DNA of 50,672 nt from an uncultured Collinsella sp. (GTDB lineage Bacteria; Actinomycetota; Coriobacteriia; Coriobacteriales; Coriobacteriaceae). The stretch lies in assembly GCA_900552995.1 (NCBI GenBank), contig USBX01000001.1, positions 1-50,672 on the forward strand. Direction: 5' to 3'. The notes beneath the pieces were generated by a model. It searched no databases. It saw nothing but the letters and a program-made list of their open reading frames with translations, and was not told the origin of the DNA. A program made the translations under genes and the position numbers. This document shows positions 1-8,897 of this stretch, in pieces. The stretch's first letter is position 1. Each line of letters starts with the position of its first letter.

Positions 1-55
1 CGATGATTTCAATCCTGCGGCTAGCCGATGTTCTTCGCAAATAAATGAGGCTTCC
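1..55 (+). repeat. 55-bp direct repeat, copy 1
   Basis: cgatgatttc...gaggcttcc is identical to 33779-33833 and contains the 3' end of CDS 33457-33822. Confidence 0.97.
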
Positions 56-71
56 ATGGCCATGCAGCGGT

Positions 72-350
72 CTAGTACTCCTTTACGGGATGCTCCTCGC
101 CGAATCCACCGTCGATGCCGAAGCGGCACAGTCTGTCGATTGCTCGAAGATGCTCGTCAATAGCAGCTGCAATTTTGGTGTCGATCTCGCTGTCATGGTC
201 GTTGAGGCCGCGAACTGCCTCGTCGGCGGCCATAAAGGCCTTGATGGCCCGTGCGAGCTGGTTCTTAAAAGCATCAACCTCCTCAACTGCGGCAGATCGG
301 TCTGCTATCTCGCGTTCGAGTCGTTGAACGATTTCCTGTGTGTTGCTCAT
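72..350 (-). CDS. Hypothetical helical protein (92 aa)
   Basis: ORF with a GGAAAGGA RBS upstream. Confidence 0.65.
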   Translation of the reverse strand: MSNTQEIVQRLEREIADRSAAVEEVDAFKNQLARAIKAFMAADEAVRGLNDHDSEIDTKIAAAIDEHLRAIDRLCRFGIDGGFGEEHPVKEY

Positions 351-612
351 GCTATTCCTTTCCCTCGGGTGTTTTACCTAATATATCGCCCTGTGCGGAC
401 ACGATTCTCGCTCACGACACGGCGGTAGCAAATATCACAAAGTCGCAGGTAGACGACTCAACAGGATTCGATTTACGGGGCGATTGAACCTAGGGTGGTG
501 GGATGTTCGCGACACCCATTTTCTGTGTCGTAAAACGCATCTGGTGAGGTCGTTTTTTCGGCCTTGACCTGCGTGGCGGCACTTTGTGGTGCTTTGGGTG
601 TGCCCTTAAGCA

Positions 613-1077
613 GTGTTTGCATCTACCAGCGCGCGAAACATTTCGACGGTAATTCGTGAAACAAATTGCGGAACTATCGCTCCAACGGGTGCTGCTGCCG
701 CTCAACGCGAGCGGTCAGCTTGGCCCCGCAAACGGCTACTCGCCCTTCATGGCCATACAGATGGCCACCTCCTGCTGGATGCGATCGAGATCGAGCGGCA
801 GCGCAACCGGATGATGCGTCAGACGATGGGATTTCGACATGCAGTTGTTGATGCGCACAACGGAGAGCTTGTTGCCGTGATGCGCAGTCCCGATGATGCC
901 TATGACTACTGCGACTATTTTGCCACGGCTCGTCGGGACGCCACTGTTCTCGATTTGTGGCTGAGATTTAAAACATCTCGCCTGTTTCAATGCGTTTTTT
1001 GGGTTTATAACTGTTCGCTTTTTCGGTTATGTCGCAGTTCACTAGTTCATTCATTACGTTCTTCATATCGTCTGTAA
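613..1077 (+). CDS. Hypothetical protein (start uncertain; 3' end runs into a repeat array)
   Basis: ORF track only; the middle part looks protein-like. Confidence 0.3.
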   Translation: MFASTSARNISTVIRETNCGTIAPTGAAAAQRERSAWPRKRLLALHGHTDGHLLLDAIEIERQRNRMMRQTMGFRHAVVDAHNGELVAVMRSPDDAYDYCDYFATARRDATVLDLWLRFKTSRLFQCVFWVYNCSLFRLCRSSLVHSLRSSYRL

Positions 1078-1650
1078 GTCAGTTATGCTGCGGTTACACA
1101 GCTCTGTTGTTGCGTTTTGTCGTAATTCAGCAATGGCATAGCCGGAGCTCGCCCGCAAGTGTCGTACGCTGCCGTACAAAACTGCGTTTCGGCCGTCCGC
1201 GTACTGCCAAGGCTCTGCCCTAGTACCCGGCGCCTGCGGCGGTTGTTCATATCTGAACTGCGACACAGCCGAACAAAGCAATTGCGACACTACGTAACTG
1301 TGTAATTGCTGAACTACGTGATAACGACAAAACTGAAAAACGTAACTGTTGAATTGCAGAACAATGAGCTAACGCCGCGAGTGCCGGGTACTAGGGCAGA
1401 GCTCTAGCGTGCGCCGCTTGCGGCGGTACGCTGCCGGGCATTTTGTACGGCAGCGTACGACTCTTGCGGACAGATTTCAGGGCCGAATAGTCCGATGTTC
1501 AATAGTTCTGTTATTACATGGTTACATAGTGCGGCTATTCCGCTTTGTCGTTATTGCGTTATGTCGCATTGTCGATATTGCGTAGTTCGGTTTTTCACTT
1601 TTTACGCCGTTCACTTATTCATTTGTTACATAGTGCTGCTATTCCGTGGC
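1010..1650. repeat. Three degenerate 8-bp-period arrays (middle one inverted) separated by long inverted repeats
   Basis: Units such as gttattgc/gttatgtc/gcattgtc/gatattgc; IR arms 1161-1181/1441-1461 and 1212-1231/1383-1402. Confidence 0.8.
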
Positions 1651-2187
1651 GTCACTTTTATGCCCACCGCGTGCGTATTCGACGGTGTGGGCAGCGTCTC
1701 CGAACACCTCGACTGCTGCCGCCACGAATTGCGGTGTGGTGCGCCTCGGGATATAGAAAGTTTTGTTACCGAACACGATTGCGATCCAGGCGTTACGGTA
1801 GATGAATTGATATGCCGCCTCTCTTGAGCGCTTACCGCAGCATTCCTCTGCAATCTCGTCGATCTGCCAGAGATGACCGAAGCCGACGATATATTCGGCG
1901 ATGTACGCGCTCGTCTTGATTCGTACGCGCCGCGGGCGGCGGTATGGAGCATAGCTGCTTTTCCCGGGGTCCGCTTTAACGGGCACGGAATAGACCTCGG
2001 CTCGAGCCTTTTCGGCGACCACGCGCCGCGCATCATCGAGGCTATAACGCTTGCACAGGCGCTCGCCGTCGTCGGTCGAGCACTTCACGGTGATTGACTT
2101 GATATGCGGCGCCAGATACTTGTACATCCATGCTCGCGACGCGCCGAACTCCCACCGCAGATCTTCAATACTCAAGAACTCATCCAT
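1639..2187 (-). CDS. Putative DNA-binding protein with Xis/MerR-like HTH segments
   Basis: FLSIEDLRWEFGASRAWMYKY and LWQIDEIAEECCGKRSREAAYQFI resemble excisionase-type HTHs; ATG at 2187 after GAGG. Confidence 0.5.
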   Translation of the reverse strand: MDEFLSIEDLRWEFGASRAWMYKYLAPHIKSITVKCSTDDGERLCKRYSLDDARRVVAEKARAEVYSVPVKADPGKSSYAPYRRPRRVRIKTSAYIAEYIVGFGHLWQIDEIAEECCGKRSREAAYQFIYRNAWIAIVFGNKTFYIPRRTTPQFVAAAVEVFGDAAHTVEYARGGHKSDATE

Positions 2188-2347
2188 CTTCTGACCTCGA
2201 TTTTCTGCCGATAAACGAGAAATCCCGCAAGAGACGCATACTTGTACCCCCATCGTAAATGTGTGTACAAATCTGCCGCCGACCCGGGCGGTTCGGCGCT
2301 TGCCAGGGCTCCGCCCTTGGACCGGGGAAGGATACTCGCGCGCCTTG

Positions 2348-2463
2348 TTATTACGATAACGGACAAGGGGGAAAAGGAGCCAGTTCTCAAATTATTACGA
2401 TAAAAGACACAGATACGGCGGCGTGCGCGGTGGTGCCAACGGGAGATTATTACGATAACGGAC
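2348..2463. repeat. Three TTATTACGATAA boxes (res-site/operator-like)
   Basis: Copies start at 2348, 2392 and 2447; quasi-palindromic TTAT-TACG-ATAA. Confidence 0.6.
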
Positions 2464-2663
2464 GCAGCGGCAAACCATGAATCGCGCCCCTGAGACGGTG
2501 CAAAATGGCCTTGTGAGGCCATTTTGCACGCCAGCTTCGTTCAACGTCAGACATTCAAGATGTCAGACGTTGAACCTGCGTCAAAGACGCAGCTGGGGCT
2601 GCTAGTTGCCTACAATCGCTCGCGTTACTCGCTTGTCCCACGCGTAGATGTCCGACAGTGCCG

Positions 2664-3680
2664 TCAGACATTGTCAAGCCAATGCTTCACAGGGATTTTT
2701 ACAGAATTCGTATCATTCTCGCTGCCAACCCTCTTGTACATCAAACCCTTAAAGTTCATGAAGGAGCAGAAGCATGTATGTTGATGTATAGGACTCGATC
2801 CTATACAAAGATATCGGTATATCTCCATTGCAAGCGCAGTTCCCACGAGACTGTTCGTAAAACAAATTGATCCCTTTGGCACGGGCATGTGGACTATGTT
2901 TTCTTCAGCTTGTTGGAGGAAAGAGAGATAGGATTTCATGTCGTTCTTCTTTTCGAGAATAGGCCCAATTTCCCCATCAGCTACTCCAACAGCACAAAAT
3001 GCACAGGGAATGTCCTTTTCTATACATGCTTCAAGAACTATTGACCTGGGATTGACCCCTTCCCCACAGTCTGCAGCGCAAACAAGCATTGAAGTCCTCG
3101 AAGGAACGCAACGCATGAGATCTTCGGCAGAGCGGACGTAAGACGCAACTGGATTAAGCGAAAGATCCGGATAGCGATTGACGAGTGTTTTGGAAACTGC
3201 CTCTACTTTTGCTTCTCCTATTTCGTCGGGACCAACAAGAAACTGACGATTTACGTTTGACCTCTCAACTCGATCCCCGTCGATTAATGTAAAATGCCGA
3301 ACTCCAGCAGCAGCCAAATGCTCCACCACCACCTGCCCTATGCCGCCCATACCAACGATGGCAAGATGAACGGCACCGATTTGCTTAAGTAACGTCAGCG
3401 GAGCGTCGGAATAATAAGACAAAAAGCGAGCTGTCCTCGAGCGGGGTGATTCCAGCTCGTATTCTTCAGTTTCTAGAAAACCAAGTTCGTTGAGCCTTAG
3501 CAAGAATCGTTGCTCGCGAGATTCAAGGCTCGTCTCATCTATCATATTTTGTTTGGCGAGCTGTTCAAAAAGATTCGTACTCAAATCAGAGATTTTGACC
3601 CTCACTCGCGATTTTAATCCTTGCAATATAAGTTCGTTGGAATCTCTCCTGATATAAGCACTATCGTTCCAATAGAACAT
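2664..3680 (-). CDS. ThiF/MccB/PaaA-family adenylyltransferase with N-terminal RRE-like domain
   Basis: VGMGGIG, IDGDRVERSNVNRQ and GEAKV motifs; N-terminal ~70 aa ending LLRLNELGFLE looks like a wHTH/RRE. Confidence 0.9.
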   Translation of the reverse strand: MFYWNDSAYIRRDSNELILQGLKSRVRVKISDLSTNLFEQLAKQNMIDETSLESREQRFLLRLNELGFLETEEYELESPRSRTARFLSYYSDAPLTLLKQIGAVHLAIVGMGGIGQVVVEHLAAAGVRHFTLIDGDRVERSNVNRQFLVGPDEIGEAKVEAVSKTLVNRYPDLSLNPVASYVRSAEDLMRCVPSRTSMLVCAADCGEGVNPRSIVLEACIEKDIPCAFCAVGVADGEIGPILEKKNDMKSYLSFLQQAEENIVHMPVPKGSICFTNSLVGTALAMEIYRYLCIGSSPIHQHTCFCSFMNFKGLMYKRVGSENDTNSVKIPVKHWLDNV

Positions 3681-4902
3681 TTAATATCCTTTCCCTCAAG
3701 CCTTCTTCTGGAAAAGTGTTTCGCATGAAGAAGGCGCTGGAGAGTCGTCCGATCGGCAGAAAACACGCAGCCTCGTCAAACAGTTCGACGGCTCTCTCGT
3801 TAAACTCCTGGCGCGAAATCATGCCAGAAAAATACCTGCTCAAAACCGATAAATACTTTTGGAGACGCATTCGGTTGCCCAAGCCCGTCAGTAGTGCGAG
3901 TTGATAGTAGATAAAAATAGGGTCATTGAAAGTATTCGGAATTAAAAGCAGGTGCACATCCGCCTGATCCGATTGAGGAGAGAAATAATCACTCGACATG
4001 AGCTTTGGATAATACCTGCCTGACGATGATAATTGAAGCGCTATAAGTTTTACAATCTTTTTATTGGGGTAGTATTTGTCGCATGAAATTGATAATTTCG
4101 CAGTTATCTCTCTTTGTTCATCGGATTTATTCACGCCGTAATCGAAGGAGGGGTCTTTCAGTTTCGGCGACAGAAGTCTTCTGATTGCCTCTGTGTCAAC
4201 GAGAGAGAGGATGTTCCTACGTCCTTCTTCGTCAGCGAAATAGGGAGAGTGCTTGTTTGAAAAAACGATAAAAGCCTCTATGCCAGATAATCCATGGTGC
4301 AGCCGCGCGCTCTTGCAATAGCGCTCAATTAATAAGGGCATGTTTGTATTACAGCTTGCCATGGTTCTTCCGAGAAGAAAACACAAGACGTCAATCCATC
4401 TATTCTCGATGCGCTTTATCGTCATAGTCTGAGTGCACGCAGCGCTGCTCAGTTTGACTTCCTGCCTTCCGATTCGCGTAACAGAAAAATCATTGACACA
4501 AAAATAGTGAGAAGAGAGGAGATGTAAAAATGGTCCCACCCTTCCTCCGGTCCGGAATGCAATGGACAGCGACTTTGCATGATTGCTTAGCGAATAGCAG
4601 TGACCATCAATTACATCTATTCTCAAAAAGAAAGTCTTTAGAAAGCCGCTGCAATTATGATGGACGTAGTCAAGCTTCCTCCCCAACTCGACAATATGCT
4701 CATTATCATGTCGACTTGTAAACCTAATCGTCCTGTCATCATATTCAACTTCGAAAAAAGGGGAATGAGGGCATCCCGATGCATCGAGTATTACTGGAAC
4801 CCCGGCGATACGCTGAATGATTTGTGACGAATAGTCATGTCCATCAAGAAGGCTCGACGCTTCGGGCAGCTCGTCAATCGATATATCAATTCTTGGAGAC
4901 AT
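3661..4902 (-). CDS. Hypothetical 413-aa protein in the RiPP-like operon
   Basis: Long ORF overlapping both neighbours; no motif recognised. Confidence 0.8.
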   Translation of the reverse strand: MSPRIDISIDELPEASSLLDGHDYSSQIIQRIAGVPVILDASGCPHSPFFEVEYDDRTIRFTSRHDNEHIVELGRKLDYVHHNCSGFLKTFFLRIDVIDGHCYSLSNHAKSLSIAFRTGGRVGPFLHLLSSHYFCVNDFSVTRIGRQEVKLSSAACTQTMTIKRIENRWIDVLCFLLGRTMASCNTNMPLLIERYCKSARLHHGLSGIEAFIVFSNKHSPYFADEEGRRNILSLVDTEAIRRLLSPKLKDPSFDYGVNKSDEQREITAKLSISCDKYYPNKKIVKLIALQLSSSGRYYPKLMSSDYFSPQSDQADVHLLLIPNTFNDPIFIYYQLALLTGLGNRMRLQKYLSVLSRYFSGMISRQEFNERAVELFDEAACFLPIGRLSSAFFMRNTFPEEGLRERILNVLLER

Positions 4903-6085
4903 GTATTCCTACCATTTTTAAAGAAACAACGGCGGTAATTGCTATCGCGATTGCGCCAATAACACCGAGCGCTATCTGAATGGGATATAACCCCAACACA
5001 TATCCAAATATGGAGAAAAACATTGCAGAAAAGAGAGCCCTTACCAGAGACGCGACGGAAAGGACCGTCGCGCGGAGATCGTCCGCTATCGCGTCTTGGA
5101 TTAAGTTTTCCGAAGTGATGTACACCACTTCTGGGAGAAAACAAAGCACCATGCTAAGGCCAAACAAACACAGCGGATTTGAAGCGAACCACGGAAGAAT
5201 CATGAAAAGACCGGCCTCGATTAGCATCGAGCCGAGCATGGTATTTCTTTTCCCGAAACGCGATGAGAAGAAATCTGCTGCAATGTAGGCCGTCGCATTT
5301 ACTGCATAGGATGCACCGAAAAAGATTCCTATTATGGAGACGGGAGCATCAAATGCGTCGAATACCAACTGATTCAAGTTGTAATAACTCCCATAGAATC
5401 CATCGAGCATGCTTGTGCCGATTAGAAGAAGCAACACCGCAAAAGCGGATTCTCCAATGCACCAGGTTTCGCGTCTGAAGACCTTGGCTACGTCAAACCT
5501 TTCCTCCCCAGAGTTTTTGGAATGGGTCGTTTCCATTCTCTCAATGGGATACAGAAGGAAAAGCTGCAGGAGATAGAAAACGGAAACGCATACGTAGAGG
5601 GCACTCCAAGATACTTGGGCAATGAATGATCCAAGTACGATTGCCACTCCCGTCGCGATTGATTGCGCGGCAAGCAGCCGAGCGTTGATGGTGAGGAAGC
5701 GCTCTCCTTGACCGGCATTTCGGGCAATTTCATATAAAAGTGCTTGTTCGGATCCCGATTGAAGGGAGTAGGCGAGTGCCTCAACAAGGGAAAGCGCGAC
5801 GAGAAAGGGGCCTGAGAGCAACAGCATGCCAGCCGTATGGAAGAAAAGCAGCAGCACGCCCACTTGAATCGAGAACTTCTTTCCAAAGAAATCGCCTATC
5901 AGCCCTGTTGGCAGCTCGAGGACGACCGTTGCAATGTTAAACAGGGCTTGATAAAGCGCGATTTCCGTGACAGACATTCCTTTCTCCGCAAGGAAAAGTA
6001 GAAACACTCCCCGATTTAAAACAAATCCCGCGAGAACGAAAAAGGCGGAATAGATGTGCAGCTGCGCAGTGGCATTCTTATTCAT
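4886..6085 (-). CDS. MFS transporter (putative exporter/immunity)
   Basis: About 12 hydrophobic segments; ELPTGLIGDFFGKK MFS motif; ATGA overlap with the rSAM stop. Confidence 0.92.
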   Translation of the reverse strand: MNKNATAQLHIYSAFFVLAGFVLNRGVFLLFLAEKGMSVTEIALYQALFNIATVVLELPTGLIGDFFGKKFSIQVGVLLLFFHTAGMLLLSGPFLVALSLVEALAYSLQSGSEQALLYEIARNAGQGERFLTINARLLAAQSIATGVAIVLGSFIAQVSWSALYVCVSVFYLLQLFLLYPIERMETTHSKNSGEERFDVAKVFRRETWCIGESAFAVLLLLIGTSMLDGFYGSYYNLNQLVFDAFDAPVSIIGIFFGASYAVNATAYIAADFFSSRFGKRNTMLGSMLIEAGLFMILPWFASNPLCLFGLSMVLCFLPEVVYITSENLIQDAIADDLRATVLSVASLVRALFSAMFFSIFGYVLGLYPIQIALGVIGAIAIAITAVVSLKMVGIHVSKN

Positions 6086-7746
6086 TTGGCACTCCTAACG
6101 ACTATTTTTGTCGGGGTGCTCGCCACTGATTCGAAGCCTGAAATGTTCATAGTCTCAATGAAGAGCTGATAAAGCTTTTGAACAGGGTATCGATAGAATA
6201 GGACATCCTGCGCTCTTTCTTCTCGACGAACTATTGCCAGCCGGTCGATTTCGAAACAAGAAACCGCATAATACACACCAGCTTGATCTAGAGTTGCCGT
6301 ATAGCTTTCTGCAACGGCAAATGCATCACGATCGCGACACATTTCAAAAATATCTTCAATGCTTCTACCATCTCGATGAATCATAAGGTAGGTTGCGAAT
6401 TTAAAATGGTTTATCAAATCAAAATACGTATCGGCACGCGCGAGCACGTCAAGAATGTCGTAATTTTCATTTCTGACTGTGTACAGATGATTGAAATGAA
6501 GAGGTGACAGGCTGTTTGGGTCAATTCCGGCAGCAAGTAAATCTAAGTAATACTGAGATTCTTTTACGATGATATAATCCTCTTTATTCACCCCTTGAGC
6601 AACATCAGTAAGAGGCTCTGGGCTCATATAGGAAAAGTCAACGTTTGACATAAAACTGGTCGACGCGACTTCTTGAGCAAGGGCAAGGGTGTCGAGTACT
6701 TCGGAATATGTTTCTTCTGGAAAACCGATGATAAAATTGGTTTCGAATCTCATGCCAGAGGAAATGATGGATTTTACGGTAGGAATTACTTTTTTAAGAT
6801 TCAAGTTTTTCCGGCAGATTCGCTGTATTCTTTGCGAGCCAGTTTCCAAGCCAACAAATACAGAGATACATCCGGTTGCCTTAAGTAGGCCAATGATCTC
6901 GGGAGTTATCGTATCGATTCGTCCCTCACAGTTGTATTTGAAATCATAATTCATTGCATATTTTTTGACTGCAAATTCAAAGAAGTACTTGTGCGATGCT
7001 AAGAAGTTATCATGATTATAGTTAATTGAAGAAAGAGCGCCGGTTTTTGCCATGCAATCGTAGACACGCTGCGAGGTTTCGAGCAGTTTGTCGACATTAA
7101 GAAATCGCGCTTTCTGACCGAGAAGCACTCTGGATGAGCAATAGTAGCAATTAAACGGGCAACCTCTACCTGCCTCAATGTTGACCACGTTCATGCCGTA
7201 TGAATTGGAGTAGTCGAGTTCCGGAAGGTTGTTAATGTCGTATTCAATCAACTCGCATAATCCAGAATCCCCGGTTTTAGAAATCGAATTTTTAGGTAAA
7301 TCGCCCTGAGCGCCGCAAGCAATATATTCGAGTAGAAGCGGGAGGGTTTCTTCCCCATCAAAGATCGATAGAAAGTCAACCTCGGGACAATCCTGAAAAA
7401 CCATTTCTCGAAGTGAAGTGATCTGGGGACCACCAAATATGATAACCGATTCGGGATGCGCCCGTTTAATAATCTTCGCTATCATGATGCCCCAGATATA
7501 AGAGGCGTTCATGATCGAAACACCAAAAACATGGGAGTCGATTGCTTTTATTTCGTCGGAGAACCACCGATAGATTTCTTTTGAAAAAGTCTTTTCTTCT
7601 TCGAGGAACTTACGCTGAAAGTCAATAACGTGAGTTGAAAATCCCGCTGCTTCAGAAACGGCCCTTAGATTCAAGATGGCCAGATTATCAACAAGGGTCT
7701 TCCTGTAGTGATTCACCGGATTGATCAGAGTGAAATCAACCTTCAA
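6082..7746 (-). CDS. Cobalamin (B12)-binding radical SAM enzyme
   Basis: N-terminal B12-binding domain (IIFGGPQIT), RGCPFNCYYC CxxxCxxC, GLETGS and FIIGFPEET motifs; TTG start with GAAAGGAG RBS. Confidence 0.93.
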   Translation of the reverse strand: MKVDFTLINPVNHYRKTLVDNLAILNLRAVSEAAGFSTHVIDFQRKFLEEEKTFSKEIYRWFSDEIKAIDSHVFGVSIMNASYIWGIMIAKIIKRAHPESVIIFGGPQITSLREMVFQDCPEVDFLSIFDGEETLPLLLEYIACGAQGDLPKNSISKTGDSGLCELIEYDINNLPELDYSNSYGMNVVNIEAGRGCPFNCYYCSSRVLLGQKARFLNVDKLLETSQRVYDCMAKTGALSSINYNHDNFLASHKYFFEFAVKKYAMNYDFKYNCEGRIDTITPEIIGLLKATGCISVFVGLETGSQRIQRICRKNLNLKKVIPTVKSIISSGMRFETNFIIGFPEETYSEVLDTLALAQEVASTSFMSNVDFSYMSPEPLTDVAQGVNKEDYIIVKESQYYLDLLAAGIDPNSLSPLHFNHLYTVRNENYDILDVLARADTYFDLINHFKFATYLMIHRDGRSIEDIFEMCRDRDAFAVAESYTATLDQAGVYYAVSCFEIDRLAIVRREERAQDVLFYRYPVQKLYQLFIETMNISGFESVASTPTKIVVRSAK

Positions 7747-7775
7747 CTTGAGCTCCTTTCTTTCGGGCGAATAGG

Positions 7776-7807
7776 AATCGCCTCCGTCACATTAAACGGA
7801 GGCGATT
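7776..7807 (-). terminator. Stem-loop between the precursor and rSAM genes (stabiliser/attenuator)
   Basis: Perfect 12-bp arms aatcgcctccgt/acggaggcgatt with an 8-nt loop. Confidence 0.7.
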
Positions 7808-7820
7808 GTGTTATCAGACC

Positions 7821-7940
7821 TTAGCAGCGGCGCTGTATAACCTGATCAACATCAATGCCGAAGTCCAGAAGTTCTTCAACAGTGATCTCGATGTCGGAAG
7901 CCGATTTATCGCTGGCCAGCTCGATTTCCTCTTTCTCCAT
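7821..7940 (-). CDS. Putative RiPP precursor peptide MEKEEIELASDKSASDIEITVEELLDFGIDVDQVIQRRC (39 aa)
   Basis: Manual translation; AAGGAGGTG RBS; acidic leader-like body with a basic/Cys C-terminus; first gene of the operon. Confidence 0.85.
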   Translation of the reverse strand: MEKEEIELASDKSASDIEITVEELLDFGIDVDQVIQRRC

Positions 7941-8596
7941 TTTCGTCACCTCCTTTTCATGTATGAGTTAAAAAACTAGTGGCTTTCTGGAAACAGCCAG
8001 GATCAATGCTAAACGATGATTTTAGATTCAACGTCGGGACCGGTTGTTTTTATGAATATGATGCCAATGCACGAACAAAAGCAGTTAGCCTTTTCAGCAC
8101 TGTTGCGGCTTATGCAATCACATGAGTCCTAGGCCCTTTCGACACCACCTGTATTGCGAATCAGCACCGCTGCCTTCCCGACTGAATATTGCCGTCAGGC
8201 ACCGCTATTAAATGCATCTCCAGGCACCCCGTTACACTCGTGCCGCCATGCGGTCGACTGAACGAGGAGGTTCAACATAGACGCGATCTGGGCCGACATG
8301 GGAGAGACCATCATGCGGCAGCGCTGCAGATGGAGCGCTAGCAATAAAAGGGCACAGGGACCAGCGTCTGCCAGATGCCCGCACACGATAACGGCGGTGC
8401 TGTTACGCGATATTCAGCAGTGCTTAAGCTATCAGATACTCAATCACACGCATGGCAGGGGTAACAGCACGGGTGTTCCTATAGTTTTGTCAACCGGGGA
8501 ATGTCGTTCGCGAGATCGAATCGCGAAATGCTGACGCCAGGCCTTTCGACCGGCGGACTCCAGCCTGTTCGGAGTGCTGTGCTTCGACTAGGTGGC

Positions 8597-8875
8597 TTAG
8601 GGCACCCTGTCCCGTATGATCGCGTAGGTGACCTTCAACCTCTTTCGCGTCAGCGCTTTGAGTGCCTTGCCGTGCGGTATGCCTCGTTCTCGGCACCTGG
8701 CGTAGTGGTCGCCTCATCTTCCCTCTGTCCGGGCAAGGCAGTTGCACGAGAATATGAGCAGGTTCTTCAGCCTTTTGTTGCCTTGGCGCGATGCCGTCAC
8801 CGAGGAGATCGAGGTCTCCGACTGGCGGTTGTGCGGCGCCAGGCCGCAGTACGACGCGAGCCTGTCGTGGCTTGA
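8597..8875 (-). pseudogene. IS110-family transposase C-terminal remnant
   Basis: SHDRLASYCGLAPHNRQSETS...SRQGNKRLKN...R*GDHY...KALKALTRKRLKV; internal TGA; N-terminal domain absent. Confidence 0.8.
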
Positions 8876-8897
8876 CTCGGCATGTTCAATCTGTTTC

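Noticed and set aside
1..55. attL/attR pair of an ICE or prophage
   Set aside because: No integrase or tRNA target is present, the repeat lies within an element gene, and its length matches a typical assembly k-mer.
2664..7940. Microcin C, pantocin or thiamine/molybdopterin biosynthesis assignment
   Set aside because: The precursor ends in Cys, not Asn, has no EEN core, and no GG-ending sulfur carrier is present.
2540..8035. 9-bp direct repeat ttcaacgtc flanking the RiPP cluster as a target-site duplication
   Set aside because: Too short to distinguish from chance, and no transposon ends are adjacent.
8190..8205. 16-bp repeat tgccgtcaggcaccgc (also at 13944-13959)
   Set aside because: A real match, but only a short hairpin-like motif with no supportable function.
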